Source of the DNA: Phycisphaerae bacterium
GTDB lineage: Bacteria; Planctomycetota; Phycisphaerae; UBA1845
Reading direction: 5' to 3'
Length of the DNA: 64,000 nt
NCBI GenBank assembly: GCA_963666835.2
Contig: CAXXGO010000006.1
Location: 1,856,001 to 1,920,000, forward strand
Within the stretch, counting starts at the first letter, position 1. Each line of letters starts with the position of its first letter. Of the stretch, positions 30,755-41,025 are shown in pieces. Both the position numbers and the translations under genes were made by a program. Under the pieces are notes generated by a model that was given only the letters and a program-made list of their open reading frames with translations, did no database searches and was not told the DNA's origin.

Positions 30755-32616
30755 CTATGCCTTAATGTAAAGGGCATCGCCCCAATTGTGCGGTTGGTCC
30801 GAGGGGTAGACGGCGTGCCGCCGATAGCCGCACTCCGTCATGAAGCGATCGATCTCATCGAATAAGGGACAGTCCTTGTAGATCGGTACGAACGAGACCT
30901 CGAGATAGACGAGCTTCGTGGTCTCAAGCAGCTTGCGGGCGCCGTACAGGGCCTTCAGCTCCGCGCCTTGTACATCCAGCTTCAACAACCCGACTTTGCG
31001 CGGGTCCACCCCGGCCTGCTCGCACCAACGGTCCAGCGTGCAAACCTCCACCTCCTCCTTGCCAACGATTCTGGTCCACTTGGCACAAGGATTACCATCT
31101 TCGTAACCCAAAAGAGAATTGGCTTCCGGAGAAGGTCGTCAGGTTTATCCACGACTTCCCATCATGATCGGCCACCGCCTTTTTGACCGGAGTAGCATTG
31201 ATCGCGGCGCACTTGGCCCGAAGCTGCTCGAACACCGCGCTGACCGGCTCGAAGCTGTAGATCTTGGCATTCGGGTACGTGTTGCGGAGCATACCCGCCA
31301 TCTGGCCGACGTTTGCCCCGCAGTCCAGAACGACCTCGGGTTCAGGGTTCAGCAGCTTGAAGTCATATGTCGCGGCGGCAGAAGAGAACTCGACCGGGGC
31401 GGGCCTTGACATTGGCCAGGCTGTTGAGAAGGGCCCCCAGGCGATGGCTGAACAGGTGCTCGGACAAGGTCCGCCTCTGCCCGGCAAGCGCAATCGCCGC
31501 CCGCGTCGTCGGGACGACCCAGGTAATACCGGATCTTCTCTAGCAGGTCCTGCTCGTTACGAAACGTGATGCACTCCTTACCAACCTCAAAACACTTGTC
31601 GAGTTCCGGCTGCTGATAGCAGAGCATGAAACCCCCGGCCGCGGTGATCTCAAAATGCCGCATGTTCAGCCCGGTCTCGCCGTTGCCGTTTACGAGGTTC
31701 AGATTGATCGCCGCCTCGCGGAAGTGGGCGAAGTACTCTTCCACCGTCGGCAGGGGACCTGCGGCCGGCAATCCGTAGGCCCGGTCCCAGCCGGTGCCGG
31801 CCAGGTGGAACTGGTCGCCCAACTTCCGTTTCAGGAAGATGACGAACCGGTCACGTTGCGGATGCACTGCGTGGCATTGAAGAAGAGTTTTGCGTTGAAA
31901 TACGCGGCGGCCTTGTTTGCGCGGATGTTAAGGTCGTCGCCCGGGGTGGGCGGCTCGCCCAGCCCAAACACCTCGTGGTAGGCATCGAAGAACGTCGCCT
32001 GCGGCAGGTCCGCTCGAATAGACTGGGCCAACGTACCCGCCAGGAGCGTGCTGGTCGGGACTGTTGTATTGGATGCGAAATAGCTCGTATTCTGTCCGCC
32101 CACAAAAGAGACCACCGGGCGGCAGCGGGCGGTGTCCATTGGGTCGGTGCAGTATGGGCGATTCGGTGCCGCCATCGGCAGGTGCATGACACTGGGCACA
32201 CCGAACCGTTGCAGCTCCATCGCCTGGGCGCGGTCCCAAACCGCCTTAACCCACGTGGCGCTCTGCAAGCTCTGCCACACCTCGGGCCAGCCCATCCCCT
32301 GTAGGGCCGTGACAACCGGGTCTATGAAGTGCGAGCAGAGCGGTTTGCCGAGTTCTTCGTGGACCGGGCTCAGGGTGCCCGGCTTCGACGTACTCTGAGC
32401 GAAACCGAGGCCCGCTCCACCGTTATCCAGAAGAAGATCTACCGGTTCCGCCCGCGACCTTCCCAGCACGGCCACCCCGTTGGCGATTCGCGCACCCAGA
32501 TCCGCCGCGTGCACGTTTCCACTGGGGTGTTGTGCGACAGGCAGGTCAACAGTCTCGTGGCCCAGCGCGTGGCAAGCGGGCTTCCACCAACTGTGGGCAA
32601 AAACGCCAATCCGCAT
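30755..32616 (-). pseudogene. CgeB-like glycosyltransferase fused to an FkbM methyltransferase, split by ~4 frameshifts
   Basis: Consecutive fragments 31831-32616, 31349-31867, 31092-31493 and 30755-31111 read as one protein (NLVNGNGETGLNMRHFEITAAGGF; AIALAGQRRTLSEHLFSHRL; VLDCGANVGQ, FEP, LLKLDVQGAE) after single-base corrections at ~31855, ~31505, ~31405 and ~31132. Confidence 0.8.
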
Positions 32617-32972
32617 ACGCTACCTCCGAGCGTAGAATGCCCCAGCCGGCGGCTCCGCCGCCGCATGCACCAGGTCCATCAACGCAGATCCAATCTAGTT
32701 ATCGGTCATTCGGGGCGATGGTGTTGAGGGCGGATGCAGGGGCAGCACGTCGCCGGCTCAGGCGTACGAGACAATCACGACAAGTTCCGTACTGATTGAA
32801 TAGGAATGTTGAGTGGTGTTAAGATGCGGCCCGCGGGCGCGTGTTCGGGCGCCCGTTTCTGTGCCGGATCGCGGGAGAAAGAGGGTAGCACCGAGTTCGG
32901 AACCCCAAACCCGGCGGCTTAGGTAGGAGCGGACCTCGTTGAGCGGATTCTCAAACGGAGAGGGATAGTAAG

Positions 32973-35900
32973 ATGGGACGACTTCGGGTTGGATTCGCGG
33001 CGGCGCTTCTGACAGCAGGGATATCATCCGGTGGAGCCTCCGTTGCGGCAATGGTCGGCAACGCCTTCACCTACCAGGGGCAACTCAAGCTGGACGGGGC
33101 GCCAGTAGATGGTTCGGCCGATTTGGTATTCGTGCTGACGAACGCTGGAACCGACGGCAGCTCGATCGGCCCCGTCCTGCAGTTCTCCGGCTATGCTATC
33201 AAAGATGGCCTCTTCTCGGTGAACTTGGATTTCGGGTCCGGCGCGTTCGACGGAACCATGCGCTGGCTGGAGATTCGGGTCCGGTTCCCGGCCTGGGACG
33301 GAAGCGGGACGGAGCCTTCGTTCGTTACGCTCGAGCCGCGTCAGCGGGTGAACCCGGCCCCGTACGCGCTGGCGTTACCGGGAATGCTCATCGAGCAGAA
33401 CGAGACCAGCCCGAATGTGGTCGGAGGGTGGACGGGCAATTTCGCCAGCACTGGCGTGGTGGGTGCTACCGTTAGCGGCGGCGGCGATCCGACAGATGAT
33501 ATCGAGTATCCCGATTTCAACGCGGTAACCGACCACTTCGGTACGGTCGGAGGCGGATCTGCAAACGTGGCGGGCGATTTCACGGATCCCGTAACCAGTG
33601 CCAAGCATGCGACCGTCGGAGGTGGATTCGCCAACCGGGCAACGGGGGGATTCGCAACGATCCCCGGCGGCATGGGGAACTGGGCTTCCGCAGAGGCCGC
33701 TACTGTGGTGGGCGGAACACAGAACGCCGCGCACGGCGTTTGCAGTCTCGCCGCCGGCACCTTCGCCGTGGCCAATCACGACAACAGCTTCGTCTGGTCC
33801 GACGGAGCCGGCGCCCCATTCAATTCGACGGCGGACCGGCAGTTCCTGATCTCTGCTTCCGGCGGAGTCGGCATCGGTACGAACGCTCCGCAGGATCGGC
33901 TTCATCTGCGCGGCGGTATGGTCGTCGAGGCGATCAACTACGGCAACAACAGTTGCCTGCGCTTCAAGAAGTTTGAGCACTCCATCCTGGACAGTCCGGC
34001 CGTGTTCGCGTTTTCGCATCGTACCGACGGGACCGAACTGTGGATGTACGGTGACGGCGACGAGGGCTACCACAACTTCCAGAGCTGGGACTACGCGGAC
34101 AACGTCGTCAAGTTCCCGGCCAGCGGAAGCACCCTGCTTATCGACATGGCGCAGAACCGTGTCGGCATTGGAACTGACAGCCCAAGTGAACAACTCAGCG
34201 TGGCAGGGGCGATCGAGTCGACATCCGGCGGTTTCAAGTTCCCAGACGGTTCCGTGCAGACAACTGCCGCAACCGGCAGCGGAAGCTCCGTTTGGAGCAC
34301 TAGCGGAGACAACGCCTATTACACCACGGGCAACGTCGGAATCGGCTACAACGATCCGAACCGCAAGCTCTATATTCTGGAAGACGCGGAGGACATCGCT
34401 CTTTCGCTGAAGCTCGATAATCCGCATCCGGCGTTCGGCCAATCCGGCGTAGGCATCCTCTTTTCGGTCGGCGGCTCAGGAGGCGGGCCCATCAGTGACA
34501 CGAGAGGGAAAGGAGCCCTGGCATACGAGTACGCCGCCACCTGGAACCGAGGGAACTTCCACTTCCTGCAGAACAACGGGGCAGATCAGACGAATCCGAC
34601 CCTCGCCGATTCCGTAATGACGATCACCCACGACGGGACGGTCGGCATCGGCACCGTGACGCCGGGCGGTGTGCTGGCCCTGGGCGACTACAGCGGCGGA
34701 ACCGGGACCAGCCTTGTGCAGGAGTACACTAAGCAACTGGTGCTAGCCGGCGAGTTCAATGAAGGACCCAATACGGGCCAATCCGTCAAGTTGCTCATCT
34801 CAGAGTACGACAACGACGACGGCGACACCGACATCTACCCGATCTACGTCGAAGATGAGAACAACTCCCAACATTTCTACCTTCGACATCAAGGGGGAAG
34901 CAGCGGAGGTACGAAGACGGCCTACTTCGGTGGCAACGTGGGTATTGGTACAACTGACCTGACCTCGAGCCTGACCGTCCAAGGCACGATCGAATCGAAG
35001 ACCGGGGGGATCAAGTTCCCTGACGGCACGGTCCAGAATACGGCCGCCGTCGGAGGAACTACCAGTTGGAATCTGACAGGCAACTCCGGAACGACTCCTG
35101 CCACCCACTTTGTCGGAACGACGGACAACGCGTCGCTCTCCTTTCGAGTCAACAACGTGCGGGGTTTCTTGATCGCGCCGCGGACGTATGGCCCGAACCT
35201 GATCGGCGGGTACTCAGCCAATAGCGTCGGGGTCGGTGTCTCGGGCGCGACAATCGGCGGCGGCGGAGGGAGACGGAACAGCGCTCCCCTGTACTACGGT
35301 AACACCGTCGAGGATGATTTCGGGACGATTGCCGGCGGATGGCACAACCAGGCCGGGAACGGAACCGGGACCGTAAGCGACGCCGAGGGCGCTACGGTCG
35401 GCGGCGGTTTCGAGAACACGGCCTCCGGATTCGCCTCTACCGTAGGCGGCGGAGAGGGCAACAACGCGACGGACAATTACGCGACGATCCCGGGCGGCAT
35501 GTACAACGAAGCCGGCGGCAGATACAGCTTCGCGGCAGGGTATCGCGCCAAGGCCAACCACGACGGTACATTCGTCTGGGCCGACTCCGGCACGACCGAC
35601 TTCGCGTCCGCGGCGGAGAATCAGTTCCTGATAATGGCTTCCGGCGGTACCGCCGTTGGCGATAACAGCGCACACGGCTATGACCTGTTCGTGAACGGCT
35701 CAGCAGCCAAGCCCGGCGGCGGATCGTGGTCGAACTACTCCGATGCGCGAGTGAAGAAGAACGTCGAGTCACTCGACGGAGCGCTCGAGCAGCTTCTGCG
35801 ACTTCGCGGTGTCACCTTTGAGTACAAGGAACCGTACGCCAAGTTCGGCACGTCCGGCCGGCAGATCGGCCTGATCGCCCAGGAAGTGGAGAAAGTGTTC

Positions 35901-36107
35901 CCCGACTGGGTTGACGAGGCCCCCAACGGTGACAAATGGGTGACGGTCCGCGGGCTGGAGGCCTTGGTGGTTGAAGCCCTCCGGGACTTACGCACAGAAC
36001 GAGCGGTCGAGATTGAACGGCTCCAAGAGACGATTGCGCAACAACAAACTCTGATAGATAGCCTGCTCCGTCGCATGGAGGCCCTGGAGCAGAACGATCG
36101 ACCTTAG
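32973..36107 (+). CDS. Secreted fibre/adhesin-like protein with Gly-rich beta-repeats and a C-terminal peptidase-S74 intramolecular chaperone domain
   Basis: Signal peptide, FTYQGQL, repeated TVGGG..N.A, GNVGIGT and GG.KFPDG.VQ.TAA; SDARVKKNV...LRGVTFEY...GLIAQEVEKVFPDWV plus a coiled-coil end. Confidence 0.88.
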   Translation: MGRLRVGFAAALLTAGISSGGASVAAMVGNAFTYQGQLKLDGAPVDGSADLVFVLTNAGTDGSSIGPVLQFSGYAIKDGLFSVNLDFGSGAFDGTMRWLEIRVRFPAWDGSGTEPSFVTLEPRQRVNPAPYALALPGMLIEQNETSPNVVGGWTGNFASTGVVGATVSGGGDPTDDIEYPDFNAVTDHFGTVGGGSANVAGDFTDPVTSAKHATVGGGFANRATGGFATIPGGMGNWASAEAATVVGGTQNAAHGVCSLAAGTFAVANHDNSFVWSDGAGAPFNSTADRQFLISASGGVGIGTNAPQDRLHLRGGMVVEAINYGNNSCLRFKKFEHSILDSPAVFAFSHRTDGTELWMYGDGDEGYHNFQSWDYADNVVKFPASGSTLLIDMAQNRVGIGTDSPSEQLSVAGAIESTSGGFKFPDGSVQTTAATGSGSSVWSTSGDNAYYTTGNVGIGYNDPNRKLYILEDAEDIALSLKLDNPHPAFGQSGVGILFSVGGSGGGPISDTRGKGALAYEYAATWNRGNFHFLQNNGADQTNPTLADSVMTITHDGTVGIGTVTPGGVLALGDYSGGTGTSLVQEYTKQLVLAGEFNEGPNTGQSVKLLISEYDNDDGDTDIYPIYVEDENNSQHFYLRHQGGSSGGTKTAYFGGNVGIGTTDLTSSLTVQGTIESKTGGIKFPDGTVQNTAAVGGTTSWNLTGNSGTTPATHFVGTTDNASLSFRVNNVRGFLIAPRTYGPNLIGGYSANSVGVGVSGATIGGGGGRRNSAPLYYGNTVEDDFGTIAGGWHNQAGNGTGTVSDAEGATVGGGFENTASGFASTVGGGEGNNATDNYATIPGGMYNEAGGRYSFAAGYRAKANHDGTFVWADSGTTDFASAAENQFLIMASGGTAVGDNSAHGYDLFVNGSAAKPGGGSWSNYSDARVKKNVESLDGALEQLLRLRGVTFEYKEPYAKFGTSGRQIGLIAQEVEKVFPDWVDEAPNGDKWVTVRGLEALVVEALRDLRTERAVEIERLQETIAQQQTLIDSLLRRMEALEQNDRP

Positions 36108-36124
36108 TGTGGGATAGCGGGCCG

Positions 36125-37360
36125 TCAGCGCGCGTCGATAACCTCGAGCCAGATACGTTCGATTCGGGCGAACACGGCGTCCCATGTAAACGGCCTCAAG
36201 ACGTCCGGCATGGTCTTGGCGGGGTCGCCCAGCGGGGGCATGCGCAAAACAGCTTCGATTCGATCTTCAAGCGCGGTAACGAACGCTGGCAGGTCCTCCG
36301 GTACGGGAACGTCGGGACCAATGAGCCGCGGTAGCGATACCCGATCGAGCACCCGGTCAAGATTCGAACCGAAACTGTGGCGGAGCCCGGGTAGGTCCGT
36401 GCAAACCAACCGACATCCGCAAGCCAGCGCCTCAATCAGCACCAACGGCAGCCCCTCATAGAATGATGGCAGAACGAAGACGCTGCAACTCCGCATGAGT
36501 TCAGCCAGCGCCTTTTGGCCAAGCTGACCATGCATCACCACCCGCGGAGCCATAGCGGCCATCCGTGCCCGCAAGTCCTCGGCCTCGCGCCCCGCTCCGT
36601 CGCCGGCCACATGTAACACCAAACCCGGCTCCCGCGCGCCCAGCCGTTCAACCGCGTCGAGAAGCCAGGGCAAGCCCTTGGCATTGCTGTACTTCCCGGC
36701 GTACGCAATGGACATCCGGTTTCGGTTACGCACCCCTCGAGCGTGGAAGATCTCCTTCCGGTACCCGGTTCCAACGGTATGAACGCGACCGGGGGCCACC
36801 TTCAGCTTCGCGGTGAGATGATCGGCGTGGCCCTGATGAAGCACGCAGAAACGATCGTTGCGGGCACACCCGTACCTAACCTCGTCGGCTAAGTGGGGGC
36901 ACAGTGCCATCTGCCGCAGCCCGGTGGCGTGACAGTGGTTGACCACGGGAACGTCCGGGGCAACATCCTTGACCAGCGCGCTGAGCAGCCAGATGTGCCG
37001 CGTGTGGATGACATCCGGCTTGAAATCGGTTACTGCCTCGGACACGTGCCGCCGCCACGCTCCGCGATAATCCGCCAGTTGCCGCTCATCGAGGCCGGCA
37101 AACCGGCTGCTGGGATAGGGCATAACATCGCTCATGCCCGGCAGGGGGAAACCCAGTTCGCCATCGCCGAACCTCAGCGGGCGAACCAGCGATTCATCCA
37201 GGCCGCCGGTCGGGGGATTCGGATCGTCGTGTGGGGTACCGATAACGACCTGCTGCTCCCAGCCGGCGGCGTCGGCCAGCCGAACGGTCGCATCAAGTGA
37301 GACCCCGCTCCCCGTGAACGACGGTCGTTGCGACAACAGATGTAGAACCCGATTACCCAT
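36125..37360 (-). CDS. GT4-family glycosyltransferase
   Basis: TGSGV, PDVIH, YAGKYSNAKG, FVLPSFYEGLPLVLIEALACG. Confidence 0.92.
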   Translation of the reverse strand: MGNRVLHLLSQRPSFTGSGVSLDATVRLADAAGWEQQVVIGTPHDDPNPPTGGLDESLVRPLRFGDGELGFPLPGMSDVMPYPSSRFAGLDERQLADYRGAWRRHVSEAVTDFKPDVIHTRHIWLLSALVKDVAPDVPVVNHCHATGLRQMALCPHLADEVRYGCARNDRFCVLHQGHADHLTAKLKVAPGRVHTVGTGYRKEIFHARGVRNRNRMSIAYAGKYSNAKGLPWLLDAVERLGAREPGLVLHVAGDGAGREAEDLRARMAAMAPRVVMHGQLGQKALAELMRSCSVFVLPSFYEGLPLVLIEALACGCRLVCTDLPGLRHSFGSNLDRVLDRVSLPRLIGPDVPVPEDLPAFVTALEDRIEAVLRMPPLGDPAKTMPDVLRPFTWDAVFARIERIWLEVIDAR

Positions 37361-37583
37361 ACACGCTCCGTGATCTAATCTCCCTCGGCGAATCGCGCCG
37401 CCGACTAAGAGCCTACCGGGAAGAGGCGGCTGGTCAAACGCTGGTACACGGTTGTTGCGGAACGCCGCTCAGGACCCGGTAGCTGGCATATTCTCGGAAG
37501 CACCCGTGGTCGCGAGACAGGATTCTCGGTCCGGCGTGCCGACTTGGCGGCACGTTGGGCAGGCGCTTCGGAGCCGGTAATGA

Positions 37584-37614
37584 GAAACGCCACCCCGGTA
37601 GGGAGTGGCGTTTC
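37584..37614 (-). terminator. Hairpin, probable intrinsic terminator
   Basis: GAAACGCCAC-CCC-GGTA-GGG-A-GTGGCGTTTC about 25 bp downstream of the stop of 37640..39886; only a short U tract. Confidence 0.5.
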
Positions 37615-37639
37615 AATGAGTCACCTGCTGCTTGCGGGG

Positions 37640-39886
37640 CTACTTCTTATCCTGTTTCAAAGCCTCCTCGAACCGGGCAAGGGCGACCTTCATCTCCTTC
37701 ACCCCGGCGCCCCCCGAAAGTCCAATCGCTTTGTTCTCCAGCTCTATCGCCTCTTCAACGTGCCCCGTCTCGAAATTGGCCAGAGCCAGCGTGTCAACGA
37801 ACATCCAGTTCTTCTGATCCGTCAGTTTGTTCGCCCGCTTGGCCATCTTGAGGGCGAGCTTTCCGTATTGGCCGCCGTACTTGTCCTCCGTCAGCAACGC
37901 CCAAGCGAAGTTGTTCAAGAAATTCGGATTGTCTCCGGCGACCTCGAGCAATTCAGCTCCGCAGATCTTCGCCGCCTCGTGGTCCTTCTTGCCGACCGCC
38001 AGAACGCGGAACTTCTTCCGTATAAGGTCGGTGCAACCCGGGTCCTCCGCCAGCATTTCATCGATAGCCGCCACGGCCGCGTCCCAGTCGTGACGTTGGA
38101 TCGTCGACTCCAGGTGGTTTTTGGCGACGCGAGCCCGCTCTTCCTTCATAAGCTGCATAGCTATCAACTCGCCGACATCGGGAACGCCGGCGACCGCGGC
38201 CGACAGGCGGTACAGCCCGCTCGAATGCTCCACGACGGCCGAGACAACCGTATCCGCCATCACCTGGGCGACCGGGTTGAGTTCGGCGAATTCCGCCGCC
38301 GGCATGAACTGCTTGGCGATCTGGATTGCCCGTGCGGGATGAACGAACACAGCCTTCGTCGAATCCGGACTGAGCCGCGCCAGGCTATCCGCGAACGCCG
38401 GATCCTGCAGGATGGAACGCCCCGTCCGCTGCGCCCGTATGGCACGAGCGATAGCCGACCGGCTGGAGGCGATCAACACCTCATGGTCCATCGTGGCAAA
38501 GAACAGCGCAACGTGATCGGGGTATTGATAGCTACGGACCGCCACTCCTTCGATTTCCTGAGAAGCGCCCTCCACGGCACCGATCCCGCTGGCCAGCGAG
38601 GCTATGCCCAGCACCTGAGTCCACAACGCCTCGGACTTCGACGGATCGTTTACGGTGATCGCGGCCGCGATATCGGGAATCGGCACCCCGGAGGTAACCT
38701 CATCCTCCGGAGGCAGAGCGAAGACCGCGAAGCCGATGATGTTGGCGAAGATCTCCCGACCGAAGTCCAGGGCCGTCACAATCTGGGCGGAATCGCCCGG
38801 AGCCGCCGGGACGTGCCGGGAAGCGGAGTTCAACGCTCCGACCAGGAACCCGGCAGCGCCTTCGGGAATGCACTTCAGCGAGTTGCGGTCAATCGGAGGG
38901 GTCCTCAGGAGATTGAACACCAGGTTGCGATGGCCATCCTCAAGCCGGAGCTGGAGATCCAGAAACGGCCCATCCTCTCCGATGCCGACTCGACCAACGA
39001 AAGACTTAAGGCTGTCCAGGTCCAGCACGGCCTGCGCCATCGCCAGATCGCGGTTCTGCGTCGCTGCCCCGGCCATCATGGCATTGACCATCGGCATGAT
39101 CGGCTTGGCATGGGCGCAGACGTACAGCAGCGTGTCGTTGCGACCTTCCAGGGATTCGGCCAACTCCGGATGGGTAGCGAGCGAATCCCCAACATCGCCC
39201 TTCAACCGGCGAACCACATCCTCGATGGACGCCCGCTGCTGACTGACCACGACGAGCCGCGAGGTCAGTGTCACCAACGCTTCACCTTCAATATCGTACG
39301 TCTCAAAACCGCCGATCGGATCAACGACCGTACCTCCGACCGGCAGCCCGGTTCTCAAGATATCGCGAATCAGCTCGAGATCGCCCGGGTGGAAGACCAG
39401 CACGCCCGCCGGAGCCTGTGAGAGAGGATCGAATCCGGTAATCGCCAGCGCCGCCCCTCTGATCCCGAGCGCGACTTTGGCCAGCTCCGGACTTATGGCC
39501 AACTGCTTGGGGCCTGCCGGCTCGCCGTCGGACAGCAGGCCGAGCTGTCCGAGTAGTGCCGTAACTTGGTCACCGGGATGGTTCAGCTCTGCATAAAGCA
39601 GCGTGGTGCGGGGCATCAGCGCGGCGAAATCCGCGCAGGCCAGCTCTTCGCGACACATGGTCAAGTGCGTCTGAGCATAGGACCGGAGTTCATCGTCCAC
39701 CCGGCCGTCGGCCACGACCTGTTCGAAGAGCTTGGCAGCCCCTTCCCAATCGCCGTTGGCCTGTTCGAGGTAATAGCCCCGGTAGAACTTCTCCTGGGAC
39801 GTTTCGCCGGCCGTCGCTCCGGCGGCGCCGAGCAGGACGATCAACAATCCGGAAAGGACTTTTCCAGTTGACGATATGATCTGCAT
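37640..39886 (-). CDS. Exported protein with N- and C-terminal TPR-like helices and central DUF3352-like repeats
   Basis: Signal peptide; LNNFAWALLT...DTLALANFETG TPR; ADFAALMP..TLLYAE and SILQDPAF-type repeats. Confidence 0.7.
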   Translation of the reverse strand: MQIISSTGKVLSGLLIVLLGAAGATAGETSQEKFYRGYYLEQANGDWEGAAKLFEQVVADGRVDDELRSYAQTHLTMCREELACADFAALMPRTTLLYAELNHPGDQVTALLGQLGLLSDGEPAGPKQLAISPELAKVALGIRGAALAITGFDPLSQAPAGVLVFHPGDLELIRDILRTGLPVGGTVVDPIGGFETYDIEGEALVTLTSRLVVVSQQRASIEDVVRRLKGDVGDSLATHPELAESLEGRNDTLLYVCAHAKPIMPMVNAMMAGAATQNRDLAMAQAVLDLDSLKSFVGRVGIGEDGPFLDLQLRLEDGHRNLVFNLLRTPPIDRNSLKCIPEGAAGFLVGALNSASRHVPAAPGDSAQIVTALDFGREIFANIIGFAVFALPPEDEVTSGVPIPDIAAAITVNDPSKSEALWTQVLGIASLASGIGAVEGASQEIEGVAVRSYQYPDHVALFFATMDHEVLIASSRSAIARAIRAQRTGRSILQDPAFADSLARLSPDSTKAVFVHPARAIQIAKQFMPAAEFAELNPVAQVMADTVVSAVVEHSSGLYRLSAAVAGVPDVGELIAMQLMKEERARVAKNHLESTIQRHDWDAAVAAIDEMLAEDPGCTDLIRKKFRVLAVGKKDHEAAKICGAELLEVAGDNPNFLNNFAWALLTEDKYGGQYGKLALKMAKRANKLTDQKNWMFVDTLALANFETGHVEEAIELENKAIGLSGGAGVKEMKVALARFEEALKQDKK

Positions 39887-40248
39887 CTTCAGGCTCCCGA
39901 TATCGGTTCCAAAAACGACTACTGATCAGTTCGCTCGCCCACACCGAGCAAACCTGATCCACCATTTTTCCGCAGGCAGACTTCTCATGCCTGCCACCCG
40001 GGCATTCGTCGGGTTGCCGCGGATATTCGCACCCCCGGTCGGCGATTTCCGTATCAACTTGTCTTGGCTGGCCGACGCCGAGAATCGAGGGGTCGCCGGA
40101 TGATGCGGGTTGAATCGCCCGCACCACGCTTATCCCACTGCTCAAGTCCCCTCGGCAACCGGCCGACAATCGCCTCTGTTGACCTGTTTTCAGTGCTGCG
40201 GGGGAGGTTCCACGCGCAACTTACTCGGCCGCCACGGGGGAATCCCGG

Positions 40249-40584
40249 ATGATCGCTGTCGCCCCGGTCCACAGCACCCCGCTCAGCGCCTTCGGAGTGT
40301 GGGGGATAGTCATACCTCTGCTGCTCGGTGCCCTGGGAGTGATCGTGGTTTATCGGTCCTTCGGCCGCCGCCGCACGCCGGCTCGATACCCCGGAGGCTT
40401 GCGAGCCGGACGCCTGTCGCAAGGTGCCTGTGGGGTATTCCTGATCGCCCTCAGCTTAGCCATCCTTGGTGACTACGTGCCGGCCGTTAAGCACGCGTTC
40501 GCCCCGGCCGCCAAGCCCGTGTTGCTCGGGCTGTTCGGACTGATCGTGATCTGCGCCTTTCGCGACACTCGCGCCGCTCGGTAA
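40249..40584 (+). CDS. Small three-TM membrane protein
   Basis: Three hydrophobic segments in 111 aa; start uncertain. Confidence 0.55.
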   Translation: MIAVAPVHSTPLSAFGVWGIVIPLLLGALGVIVVYRSFGRRRTPARYPGGLRAGRLSQGACGVFLIALSLAILGDYVPAVKHAFAPAAKPVLLGLFGLIVICAFRDTRAAR

Positions 40585-40658
40585 CTTCACCCTCGGCATC
40601 GAACCTGTGTTGTTCCACCTCATGCCCCAACAGCGGCGGTGCCTCAGATGAGGGGTAA

Positions 40659-40729
40659 GGAATCGACACTCAAGTAGGGCATGGTCGAGGCACGAGACCT
40701 GCCACCAGGGCGCGCGCCACGCGGGTGCC
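40659..40729 (+). repeat. 71-bp direct repeat, left copy (contains REP GTAGGGCATGGTCGAGGCACGAGACCTGCC)
   Basis: 64/71 identical to 43255-43325 by manual alignment. Confidence 0.85.
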
Positions 40730-40974
40730 TCGTCCTTCGCCCTGGGTTGTATCACCGTGAACAAGAAGCCTCGTATACAGGTGCACTTGCGGTACGCGCT
40801 TATTGCCCGCGGGCGAAGGGTGGGGAATCGACTGCGGAATGCGAGCTCCCTCGGATCTTCGTCGGTCCCCCACCCACCCCGGCGGTGAGTCGGGGCGGCT
40901 GTTCCAACTTGGCAAACGCCGGGGCGCCCATGCAAGAGTATGTAGAACAACGAGGGGGCACACCTGACGGAGTC

Positions 40975-41018
40975 TTACAATTAAATTTCTTGCAATTTAT
41001 TTAACATCCAGATACGCT
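40975..41018 (+). promoter_or_regulatory. Sigma70 promoter with an overlapping AT-rich direct repeat (candidate operator); probable leaderless transcript
   Basis: TTGCAA (40990-95), 17 bp, TACGCT (41013-18), ATG 7 nt later with no SD; TTACAATTAAATTT / TTGCAATTTATTT repeat. Confidence 0.6.
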
Positions 41019-41025
41019 CGGTGGC

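Noticed and set aside
32973..36107. Prophage
   Set aside because: Only an S74-domain protein with a signal peptide; no integrase, capsid, terminase or other phage genes
37544..39421. 625-aa plus-strand ORF
   Set aside because: Antisense shadow of the 748-aa exported protein in GC-rich DNA
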